64,000 nt of DNA from Eledone cirrhosa (lineage: Eukaryota): NCBI GenBank assembly GCA_964016885.1, contig OZ024756.1, positions 43,958,001-44,022,000 on the forward strand, given 5' to 3'. The notes under the pieces were generated by a model, which saw only the letters and a program-made list of their open reading frames with translations, had not been told where the DNA came from and ran no database searches. Positions 11,903 through 25,313 of the stretch are shown here, piece after piece (positions within the stretch are counted from its first letter, which is position 1; each line of letters begins with the position of its first letter). Position numbers and translations under genes: made by a program.

Positions 11903-12464
11903 TGTCTATGAGATAGATAAATGGATGATGGGAGGTTTGCTTATGTGTATATTTGCTTCCTGGCATCACTATATACCTTCCCTGTATATGAGATAAATGG
12001 GTGGAAGGCTTGCTAATCTCTGTTTGCTTTCTTAATTTTGTTGAGAGTTTCAGCTTGTCTGCATCTCTTTAATAACTTTGGGATGTATATATGTGCCAAT
12101 GAAGAAATTATTATATAGATTCTTTACTCCTCTTATACCGTTTCCATCTCTCCCTCTCTTTACACACACATATATATATATTTATATATTTACACGTATT
12201 TATAAAATTCGTAAAAATATGTTCGTATGTCGCGAGGAGTGGTAGATAAATTCTAACGTTTAGAGCAAAGCTTTCGAGGAAATATATTTATATATATACA
12301 TACGTACACATATATATATATATATAAGCAAAAGGGATATTCAATTTGTTGGTAATTCAACAAATATAAATGTTTATAACTGATTCAGAGCACTCGACAA
12401 GTTTTCTGGAGTATAATATTCAATGATATTAAATAAATGGAAACTATATTTATAAAACCATATT

Positions 12465-12526
12465 TATTCTATTATATATATTTCAAGGGTACCAAAAACT
12501 TTGGTACGCTTTCATCAGATAAAATA
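12465..12526 (-). ncRNA. Type I hammerhead ribozyme motif (family A)
   Basis: Reverse complement of 12583-12643, with one extra loop base. Confidence 0.8.
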
Positions 12527-12582
12527 CAAAGTTTGTTTTATAAATTTTCTTGGTTATGTCAACATTTATAAAACAAACTTTG

Positions 12583-12643
12583 TATTTTATCTGATGAAAG
12601 CGTACCAAAGTTTTGGTACCCTTGAAATATATATAATAGAATA
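12583..12643 (+). ncRNA. Type I hammerhead ribozyme motif (family A)
   Basis: TATTTTAT-CTGATGA-AAGCGTACCAAAGTTTTGGTACCCTT-GAAA-TATATAT-A-ATAGAATA. Confidence 0.8.
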
Positions 12644-13344
12644 AATATGGTTTTATAAATATAGTTTCCATTTATTAAATATCATTGTATATATATATAT
12701 ATAGCCATATCCTTCAGTTTCACCAGTACTATATATTTCGTTGTCCCCTAATTTGAGGACCACATATTGCGGATGTTGGAGTGATTGTCCTTGTGTTTGT
12801 TTCTCTATAACTTCACAAAAGTTTGCTTCCTATTTCTATCTTATTATTAAATTGATAAAACTAATGCCAACACACCAGTTATATATTGAAGACAGACAAT
12901 TCCTTTCTGTCAATTCCATCTAACCTCTATTTGAACCCTTAAATAAGTGACATCTACAGGACTAGTATACATGTCGTTCGTGCATGAATATGTTGATCCA
13001 CGCCTTTCCAGTTAGAATCGCCGAAATGTCAAACACATTGTTGTTTTCTGTTTTACTAAGAAAATAACATATCAATTATTGTTTTGTTTTTATCATATCG
13101 ATTGATATTTTTCATGTTTTCGGAGGGTAAAATTAAGTAGCAGCCATTAAGTAAATCAACTATACACCCCATTTCTGAAACATATAAGCCCTGTGTCTGT
13201 ATAAGAAATCACCATTGCCGTTGTTATTAGTTTTATTAAGTTGCAACTTTCATCTCTGCCAGGGTCGATAGCTGCTGATATAATCACGACTATGACCTTG
13301 TGTCTGTTAGAATAAATATTATTATCTTTATTAGTAAATATGAA

Positions 13345-13750
13345 AGAGGGTTGGTATTAATCAGTAGAGCGTCAGACAACAGGCTTTGCTATATAGAATT
13401 ACGTCTCTTTTACGGTCTGAGTTCAAATCCTGTCGAGGTTAGCTTTGCCTTTCGTCCTTACGGGGGTCGATAAAGTACCAGTAATACACTGAGGTAGATT
13501 TAATCGACTTTCCCCTCTCTCACTTGTTGGTCTTGTATCTAAATCAGAAACAATTATTAAATATGAAAGAAAGGCGGGAATTGACAGAATCGGTGGAGCA
13601 TCAAACGAAATTTTTGCGGTTTTTAGTTACAATTTTCGTCCTTACTGGGTCGGTAAATAATGTACCAGTTACGTACTGGGGCGATATAATCGACTTTACC
13701 CTCCTCCAAAATCACTGGTATTGTACCAAAATTAGAAACCACTATTATTA
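13345..13750 (+). mobile_element. Two adjacent tRNA-derived SINE copies
   Basis: A/B boxes and the GGGTCGATAAA..GTACCAGT core at 13345-13560; a deleted related copy at 13570-13750. Confidence 0.7.
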
Positions 13751-15042
13751 GTTAGTATCAGAATTGATAGCGTATCGGACAAAATCTTTTGCGGCTTTTA
13801 ATCCTAACTTTTACAGTAAAAAAAAACGAAATGTCTGAAGATGCGAAAAATAACACAATCCCCTGTCTTTGATTCCGCCAAAATACCAACAAAGGAAACA
13901 TTAGGTACCAATCTAACCCTTAAAACTGTTTATTTTAAAGTGTTAATATTTATCTTTAACAAAAAGCCCATCACAATTTTATGTAAGAATCGTGTAAATT
14001 ATATTCTAAACATCTTAACTAAAAAGCTAAACTATAAATTACTAAATTACTCCAAATTCTTTATTATTTTCTAAATGATTTACAACACAGGCGATGTAAT
14101 AGAAATATGGTAACAAAAGGTTTAATATATATGTCAGCATTATTAACCCTTTCGTCTGCCACCCTAACACCTACCCTAACATGTAGTCTAACTCTAGAAG
14201 GAAGCAGTTCTTTAACCATTCTACACGTGTTGCTCACGCCTTATCGCAGACATTGCTACCAGACTAATACTGTTTTTTTTTTCAATTCGCGCTTTGAGGG
14301 GGACTAAGTTACAGCTTGTGTATGTATATATATATATGTGTGTGTATGTATGTATGTGTGTCTGCATGTTTTATCAAAAGCTTTGCAATCTTCTTTCGTT
14401 AGAATTTCTATTTTCTTACACATGTAAATATATGTGTGTATGTGTAAATATATATATATGGGTGTGTGTGTGTATTTGTGTACATGTATGTGTATATATA
14501 TATATATATGTTTGTTGGTGTTAAGTTTTCAACTCCGTCCCAACCTAAACCAAGTTCAACTTAACAAAGAAATATGAACGACGTGACTTTCCCTTTCCTT
14601 ACATTTTTATTTTATGCTCCTTATCCAACATTTACAATTGCACACATATACACACTCTCACATACGCACACAACTTTTGCACACACACACACTCAGTTGC
14701 ACAAGCACACATTGTGGCTGTCCTCTTTCTGTCGATGCCACACGTACACATACCAACTTACCAACTCTCTCTCCAACACAGACACACCACACGCTTTCTC
14801 TCCCCACCTCCACCCTCAGCTGTTGTCTTTGTTGAAGTTGTGATCATCCCATATTTTAAAGGTAGAGTGTATTTAGGACTGGATACACATCTTACTGTAG
14901 TTTTGACAGTAGGTTGTGATTTGGCTGCTATTTCTAGCACGCCGTGCGACTACATTGACTCGGTTTCTTCTGTTTACACACACGTGAATACATACATGTT
15001 CTGTGATGGGACTTAAGGTATTCTTGTTATTACATCAGTAAA

Positions 15043-15266
15043 GGGAATTGGTTTGGCAGTAATAGGTAGAACGTCGGACAACATGCTTTGTGGCATAGAG
15101 ATACGGCCCTTTACATTCTGTGTTCCAATCCTACTGGGGTTAACTTTGCCTTTCATCCTTACGGGATCGATAAAATAAATTACCAGTAACGCACTGGGGT
15201 CGATTTAATTGACTTTCGCCTCCTCTCCTGGTATTTGATGCCCTTGTAAATATAAACAATTATTAT
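15043..15266 (+). mobile_element. tRNA-derived SINE
   Basis: Same family as 7137-7360. Confidence 0.75.
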
Positions 15267-15919
15267 ATTAAGAGTTGTCAGACACATTAGTATGTGGTTT
15301 AGGTTGTTTGACATGCAGCTAATGACAACCGCAGCTAACGAGAATCGCAGCTAATCATTGAAGCGACCCTCGTTCTATGATACGAAGCTGTTTATTTTAA
15401 AGTATTATATTTATCTGTAAAAACCTTCCATCATAATTTTATGTATGAACCTTGTTTAAGTTATATTCCAAACACCAACTTACTCCCTATTGCAATCGTG
15501 TGAGTGTGTTGGCTCTGCTCATAAATTAGACAAAGACTCCGTCTCTCCTTATTGATGTTTGTGATTGCTAGTTCAGGTTTTCTACCTTTTTAGTCTATTT
15601 TATGCTCTCCCTCTTTTCCTACTAATTTACTACTGAAGCTGTAAATGTGGTGTTAGGTAGGACATCCAACCAAAGTACAGTTCCATCTGAGCAAGGTATG
15701 GTGCAACCAGCTTGCCAGACTAGTTAATTGTAGTGAGTATATATACACATACGTATATGCGTACATACAATTATTCTACCACTGTATATGTTTTATAATA
15801 GTCAATTGTAGTGTGTATATACACACATAAATATATGTGTATATACAATTATTCAAATATTTTGAGGAGGTATTTGAAATTAGCTGATAATAACCTTTCT
15901 CTTTTTTTAATATTTTCAG

Positions 15920-17816
15920 CCTGTTCAAGATGACAGAGCGTTACCTATTGAGATGATCAAGAAATCCATTGATTGTAATGACAAAACCTTGAAGCTGGTG
16001 TGTCCTTTGTACAACAGTACAGATCAAATGGCCATGGCTGATATCAGAGCATTTGAATGTTCCAAATGTATGATTATTTTTGCTGAAGAAGAGGAGTTTA
16101 TTACACATCAAAAGAGTTTTCACAACTTGACTGATGAAATAATAAAAGCTTGGCTGCCTAAACATACTCTGCAGGAAAATGGTACCATTGTGGGGTTCTC
16201 CACTCAAGTGTTTGATGCCAACCGGCCTTATGCTTGCTACATTTGCAATAAATCTTTTGTACAATCTTCGCATTTGTCGAATCATATGAAAACCCATACT
16301 GGGGAAAAACCATATGTGTGTAAGATCTGTGGAAAAGCATTTTCCCGATCTTCCAATTTATCTCGGCACCATAAAATACATACTGCTGAACGGCCTTATG
16401 TCTGTGAGATTTGTCAGAAAGCCTTTTCTCAATCTTCGCATCTAACTCGGCACCTTCGGATCCATTCAAAAGATCGGCCTTATTCGTGTGAGTTCTGTCA
16501 CAAGACCTTCTCTCAGACGTCTAATCTCTCTATTCATCTCCGCATCCATTCTGGTACAGAACCATTCAAATGTGATATGTGTAGCAAATCTTTCTCTCGT
16601 TCTGCTAACTTGTCTCGGCATATGAAGATCCACACACAAGAGAAAACTCATGTTTGTAATGTCTGCAACAAAGCGTTCTTGCAGTCATCTCATCTAACAC
16701 GTCACATACAGATTCATTTTGAAGAAAAACCGTTTTTTTTGTACCATATGTGGCAAAGCTTTTTTTCGAGCTGAGCATCTTTCTCTTCACTCTCGGCTAC
16801 ACACTGGTGAGGAACCATTCAAGTGTGACATTTGCAAAAAAGGTTTCTCTCGCTCTTCGAGTCTTTCTCGCCATGTCAAAATCCACACAGCCGAAAGGCC
16901 TTTTGTCTGCAATATATGTGACCGTGCTTTCCTACAGTCTTCCCACTTGGCACGACACATGCGAACTCACTATGAGGAGAAACCCTATGTATGTCACGTG
17001 TGCGAGAAAGCATTCTCCCAGTCTTCCAATCTGTCGATCCACTTGCGCAGTCATTCTGGTGAAAAACCATTCACCTGTGAAATCTGCGACAAATCATTTT
17101 CACGCTCTTCCAATTTATCTAGACACATCAAAGTTCATTTTGAAGAAAAACCATTTACCTGTACCATTTGCCAGAAGTCTTTCTCACAATCTTCACACCT
17201 CACCAGACATCAAAAAATACATAATCAACAATCTCTAGTGGAGCCAAAGATTGAAGTGCCATCACCAAATTATCCTTGTGGCAAATGTAACGAAGATGTA
17301 TTTAATTCCTCTTGTACCAACAATCTTCTCAACAACCAAATTCTGTATTCTTCAGAAGAAATCCCAGAGCGAAAACCTTACTTGTGTGGCTTCTGTAACC
17401 AAAGTTTCTTGGAATCTTCAGCAATGGCACTTCACATGAAGACTCACTCAAATGAGAAGCTGTTCAAGTGTGAACTTTGCGATAAATCTTTTACAGATTC
17501 TTCTCATTTATCTCGACATATGAAGACGCACTCTGGAGAGAAACCATTCTGCTGCCTCGTCTGCGACAAATCATTCTCCCAGTCTTCTAATTTGTCAATA
17601 CATTTAAGAACTCATTCAGGTGAAAAACCGTATCAGTGTGAAATCTGTAACAAAGCTTTCTCTCGTTCATCAAATCTCTCCAGACATTTACTAATCCATG
17701 AACAGAAGCGACCATACATCTGTGACATTTGTAACCGAGCCTTCTCACAATCTTCCCATCTCTACAGACACCTTAAAATCCATAACCCATCTTTACTATC
17801 TACCCCAGCCTGTTAA
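15920..17816 (+). CDS. Tandem C2H2 zinc-finger protein (~18 fingers, ~620 aa from ATG 15953 if one T at 16733-16740 is removed)
   Basis: Repeated C-x2-C-x12-H-x3-H with TGEKP-type linkers across ORFs 15953-16774 and 16719-17816; acceptor ttttcag| at 15919 is in frame; the frames join as EEKPFFCTICGK. Confidence 0.9.
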
Positions 17817-17877
17817 ACTTTTTTACAATTGTATTTGATCAAGTTGTTAGAAAAACCTCAGTATTTATTATCATTCT

Positions 17878-18243
17878 TGTAACTTTGCTTTCATCCTTCC
17901 TGGGAGGTGGGGGGGGGGGGTCGATAAACTAAAGTACCAGTTAAATACTGGGGATCAATATAATCAATTTTCACCTTCCCCCTCCAAATTGCTGGCCATG
18001 TGTCTAAATAACAAATCATTTTTATTTGGAAGAATGAGGGTGGTGGGTTTATTGGTAGAGCGTCGGACAGCATGGCTTTGTGGCATAGTGTTACTGCCCT
18101 TTACATTCTGAGTTCAAATCCCACTGAAATTAGCTTGCCTTTCATCCTTACAGGGTCGAGGGCATAAAGTACCAGTAATGCACTGGGGTCGATTTAATTG
18201 ACTTTGTCCTCCCCCAAAATTGTTGGAAACCATTGTTGTTATT
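17878..18243 (+). mobile_element. Partial plus full tRNA-derived SINE copies
   Basis: SINE core and tail at 17878-18020; full head with B-box at 18037-18243. Confidence 0.75.
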
Positions 18244-18619
18244 AAAAGGTGGTGGATTGTCAGGCTGGGGTGGTCTGTCTCCCACTTCTGTTGAGTTCAG
18301 AGGAGAAGTTGTGTCTTTTGACACAAACTGAAGGTTCCACCTCTTGTTTAGTAAGCATATATCCCATATCATTAATATTTATCTTTTGTTTCCTTCACAC
18401 ATTTGAGACCAGAGCTAAGCATAAATGTTGCCCTTACAAACCCTTTCCCCAGGGTGGGGATACAGCCAGAAACATATATCATAAACTGTGTCCTCTATTT
18501 TAACATATCTAACTCCCAAACTCTGTGTGTTTGCTACACTCTTGGCTTTTACATAATTGTAGATCTTTGCTTCATCTCATCCCCGTTACACTACACTAAT
18601 TAAACATTTAATGATGGTT

Positions 18620-18838
18620 GTACTGGTGCCACAACAAAAATCACCCAGATCCCCTTTTATAGTAGTACTGGTGTCATGAAAAAAAGCTCCCAGCCCAGCT
18701 GTAAAGTGGCTGGCATTAGGAAGGGTATCCAGCCATAGAAAAATGAAGCCAAAACCTTGTCCCTTGACCTAACTTGTTGACATGACAACCTATCTAACAC
18801 ATACAAGCATGGAAAACATGTTAAATAGTGGTGATGGT
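18620..18838 (+). mobile_element. RTE-related non-autonomous element
   Basis: GGCATTAGGAAGGGTATCCAGCC motif and AAGCATGGAAAACATGTTAAA 3' end. Confidence 0.65.
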
Positions 18839-19558
18839 TATAAGTTAACAAAGAGGAACAGTTGTGATGTTCATGCCTTTCTCAAAGGCAAGAATGCAAT
18901 AATATCCAGGTCACACTCTCAGCTTTCAGCAGGGTTATGTTGTTTAGTTCTAATAAAGCACCCTTGTGAACAAAGGCATTCCAGCTCTATCTATCCTATA
19001 TTTTGGTACATCATTATTGTTTAACATCCACTTTCCATGCTAGCATGGGTTAGACAGGACTTCTAGGACAATATTGTCTAATTTACCATACTTCTTTTAA
19101 GATGGTAAGAAGAAGTTTGGCTGTTATTACTAGCAGGGTGGCAGATCTTCTGGGGTTTTCCTTATTGGCTTACATGGACTTACCGTATACACTCTCTGGT
19201 GTTCAAGATTACAAACAAAAATATTCTCCTCAACCTTTTTATGTGCAATATTCCAAACAAATGTGGGTTGGATGGAGCCACAAATTTAGATATTTGTGAA
19301 GTTTTTGTCTTGTATTGTATTTAGGTACTCCCTTTACTGTGTTTACACATCGGCTACTTATTTTTAAAACTAGTCAAATATGTGCATCCATCTTAGATAT
19401 ATCTATCTACAAATATATATATACATATACATATACATATATATATATACACATACATATACATATATATATACATACATATACATATACATATATATAT
19501 ACATACATATACATATATATATATATATATACATACATATATATGTACATATATATAC

Positions 19559-19625
<67 letters not shown>

Positions 19626-19666
19626 TATATATATACATATATATATACATATATATATACATATAT

Positions 19667-20268
19667 ACACCTTGAATACTGTTGTCCACTGTGGTCTCCC
19701 CACACGAAACAAAGTATCATGAAACTTGAAGCTCCTCAAAGGGCAATCACGAAAAAGATAGATGGCATGTCAGACCTTGACTACTGGGGTCGATTAGAAA
19801 ACCTGAAACTTTACTCACTCCAACGTCGCCGTGAGCGTTATATTATCTGCATGATGTGGAAAATGTTCCATCATCACTGCCCAAATGATGTTGGCATCGC
19901 CTTCAAGATACACCCAAGGCTTGGGCCCCGTGCTATCCGTCCCATTCAAAAATCTAAATCGCAACTCATAACAACAATACGGCACAATTATTTCACCTCA
20001 ATCGGCCCTGCTCTCTTCAACATCACACCAGGACACGTCAAAACATAAACTGACCACACAAAATTCAAGAAGTCTTTGGACAAATTCCTCCAAGTAATCC
20101 CGGACAAACCACCCACACCCGGATATGTCTCCGCAAACAGTAATTCTCTTCTCGAATGGGCCATGGTGCCCAAATCCTGAATTGAAAGACTTCGCCAGGT
20201 GGTGCTATTAAGTTAGACATGGCCTGGGCCAATACTGGCCAAAACATTTCAAAGTTATTCAAAGTTAT
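19667..20268 (+). mobile_element. 5'-truncated copy of the CR1-group LINE
   Basis: Near-identical to 28984-29585 (two substitutions seen by eye), embedded in TA microsatellite. Confidence 0.95.
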
Positions 20269-20364
20269 ATACATATATATATACATGCATATATATATAC
20301 ATATATATATACATATATATATACATGCATATATATATACATATATATATACATATATATATAC

Positions 20365-20397
<33 letters not shown>

Positions 20398-20805
20398 CAT
20401 ATATATATACATGCATATATATATACATATATATATACATATATATATGCATATATATATACATATATATATACATATATATATACATACATATATATAT
20501 ACATGCATATATATATATACATGCATATATATATATATACATATATATATACATGCATATATATATATACATGCATATATATATATATACATATATATAT
20601 ACATGCATATATATACATGCATATATATATACATATATATATACATACATATATATACATGCATATATATATACATGCATATATATATATACATGCATAT
20701 ATATATATATACATATATATATACATGCATATATATACATGCATATATATATATACATATATATATATATACATATATACATATATATACATGCATATAT
20801 ATATG

Positions 20806-20837
<32 letters not shown>

Positions 20838-20906
20838 CATATATATACATGCATATATATATATATACATATATATATACATATACATGCATATATATAT
20901 ATATAC

Positions 20907-20963
<57 letters not shown>

Positions 20964-20968
20964 CATAC

Positions 20969-21003
<35 letters not shown>

Positions 21004-21960
21004 CATACATATATATATATATATACATACATATATATATATATATACATATACACATATATATATACATATACACATATATATATACACATACATATAT
21101 ACATATACACATATATATATACATATATATATACATATACACATATATATATACATATATACATATATATATACATATATACATACATATATACATATAC
21201 ATATATATATATATACATATCTATATATACATATACATATATACATATCTATATATACATATATATATATACATATATGCATATCTATATATACATATAT
21301 ACATACATATATATATATACATATATACATACATATATATATATATACATATATACATACATATATACATACACATATACATACATATATACATACACAT
21401 ATACATACACATATACATACAGGTATATACATACATATACATACATACATATATATATATACATACATATATATATATACATATATATACATACATATAT
21501 ATATATACATACATATATATATATATACATATATATATATACATATATACATACATATATATATATATACATACATATATATATATACATACATATATAT
21601 ATACATACATACATATTTATATACATACATATATATATACATACATATATATATACATACATATATATATACATCATCATCAGCATCATCATCAGGTTTA
21701 GCGTCCGTGTTCCACGCTTGCATGGGTTTGGGCGGGGGTTTTCCCACTTGAGGCAAGAGGGTTTGTCTTGCTTGCATAGGACTGTCTGGCGGGTTCTCTA
21801 CAGTTGGATGCCCTTCCTAACACCAACCACATTTACAGTGTGTGTGTGGGAGGTTTTTACCGCATATATATATATATACATACATATATATATACATACA
21901 TATATGTATATACATACATACATACATACATATATATATATACATACACATATATATACA

Positions 21961-22000
<40 letters not shown>

Positions 22001-22137
22001 CATATATACATACATATATATATACATATATATATATATACATACATATATATATACATACATATATATATAGATATATATATACATATATATATACATA
22101 TATATATATATACATATATATATACATATATATATAC

Positions 22138-22184
<47 letters not shown>

Positions 22185-22388
22185 CATACATATATATATA
22201 CATACATATATATATATACATACATACATATATATATACATACATACATATATATATACATACATATATATATACATACATATATATATACATACATATA
22301 TATATATACATACATACATATATACATACATATATATATATACATACATACATATATATATACATACATATATACATACATACATATA

Positions 22389-22424
<36 letters not shown>

Positions 22425-22524
22425 TACATATATATATACATATATATATACATATATATACATACATATATATATACATATATATACATACATATATATA
22501 TATACATATATATATATACATACA

Positions 22525-22556
<32 letters not shown>

Positions 22557-22591
22557 CATATATATATACATACATATATATATATACATAC

Positions 22592-22624
<33 letters not shown>

Positions 22625-22721
22625 CATATACATACATATATATATATACATATACATACATATATATATATACATATACATACATATATATATATACATA
22701 TACATACATATATATATATAC

Positions 22722-22757
<36 letters not shown>

Positions 22758-22765
22758 ATATATAC

Positions 22766-22801
<36 letters not shown>

Positions 22802-22809
22802 ACATACAC

Positions 22810-22840
<31 letters not shown>

Positions 22841-23132
22841 CATACATATATATGTACATACATACATATATATATACATATATATATATACATACATACA
22901 TATATATATACATATATATATACATACATACATATATATACATACATAAATATATACATACATACATATATACACATACATATATATATACATACATACA
23001 TATATATATATACATACATACATATATATATACATACATACATATATATATATACATATATACATATATATATACATATATACATACATATATATATACA
23101 TATATACATACATATATATATACATACATACA

Positions 23133-23166
<34 letters not shown>

Positions 23167-23319
23167 AATACATACATACATACATACATATATAAATACA
23201 TACATATATATATACATACATATATACATACATACATACATACATATATATACATACATACATACATATATATATACATATAAATATATATATACATATA
23301 TATATACATATATATATAC

Positions 23320-23398
<79 letters not shown>

Positions 23399-23825
23399 CA
23401 TATATATATATACATATATATATATATACATATATATATATACATATATATATATATACATATATATATACATACATATATATATACATACATATATACA
23501 TACATATATACATACATATATATATACATATATACATACATACATATATATATACATACATATATACATACATACATATATATATATACATACATATATA
23601 CATACATACATATATATATACATACATATATACATACATACATATATATATACATATATATATATATACATATATATACATATATATACATATATATACA
23701 TATATATACATATATATACATATATATATATATATACATATATATACATATATATACATATATATATATATATACATATATATACATATATATATACATA
23801 TATATATATATATACATATATATAC

Positions 23826-23904
<79 letters not shown>

Positions 23905-23965
23905 TATACATATATATATATATATACATATATATACATATATATACATATATATATATATATAC

Positions 23966-23998
<33 letters not shown>

Positions 23999-24209
23999 CA
24001 TATATATACATATATATATATATACATACATATATATATATATACATACATATATATATACATACATATATATATATACATATATATATATATACACATA
24101 TATATACATATATATACATATATATATACATATATACATATATATATACATATATACATATATATATACATATATATACATATATATACATATATATATA
24201 TATACATAC

Positions 24210-24260
<51 letters not shown>

Positions 24261-24339
24261 CATATATATACATATATATACATATATATATATACATATA
24301 TATATATACATATATATATATACATATATATATACATAC

Positions 24340-24370
<31 letters not shown>

Positions 24371-24691
24371 CATATATATATATACATACATATATATATA
24401 TATACATACATATATATATATATACATATATATACATACATATATATATATATACATATATATACATACATATATACATATATATATACATATATATACA
24501 TATATATATACATATATATACATATATATATACATATATATATACATATATATATACATATATATATACATATATATATACATATATATATACATATATA
24601 TACATATATATACATATATATATACATATATATATATATACATATATATACATATATATATATATACATATATATACATATATATATACAT

Positions 24692-24740
<49 letters not shown>

Positions 24741-24743
24741 CAT

Positions 24744-24808
<65 letters not shown>

Positions 24809-24810
24809 CA
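20269..24810. repeat. Imperfect (TA)n/(TATAC)n array
   Basis: Direct observation; interrupted at 21672-21862. Confidence 0.95.
21672..21862 (-). mobile_element. RTE-related non-autonomous element
   Basis: (CAT)n tail and GGATGCCCTTCCTAACACCAACC; similar to 31584-31825, 38325-38575 and 63833-64000. Confidence 0.75.
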
Positions 24811-25313
24811 TGAACTTGTGAGTACATTTTCCTTTAACTACAAATTATTATTATATACTTTCGTCTTTTCATTAACTTAATTAATTTCAAATAACCAGAA
24901 TATACATATATATATATATATATATATACTCATATTTATATATATACGCTTCTCACTCACACACAAGAAAAACAAAAAAACAAAAATAAATCAAAAATAA
25001 ATTTAAAAAAAATATATATATATTGAAATACTTAACTAAAACACACACACACGAACTTGTGAGTACATTTTCCTTTAACTACAAATTATTATTATATACT
25101 TTCGTCTTTTCATTAACTTAATTAATTTCAAATAACCAGAATATACATATATATATATATATATATATACTCATATTTATATATATACGCTTCTCACTCA
25201 CACACAAGAAAAACAAAAAACAAAAATAAATCAAAAATAAATTTAAAAAAAAAAAAAAAATATATATATATATTGAAATACTTAACTAAAACACACACAC
25301 ACTCAAAACTAGA

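Larger units (their letters stand above)
12325..12686. mobile_element. Family A head-to-head fold-back element in (TA)n
   Basis: Inverted arms ~12421-12545 and ~12565-12686, flanked by (TA)n on both sides. Confidence 0.8.
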
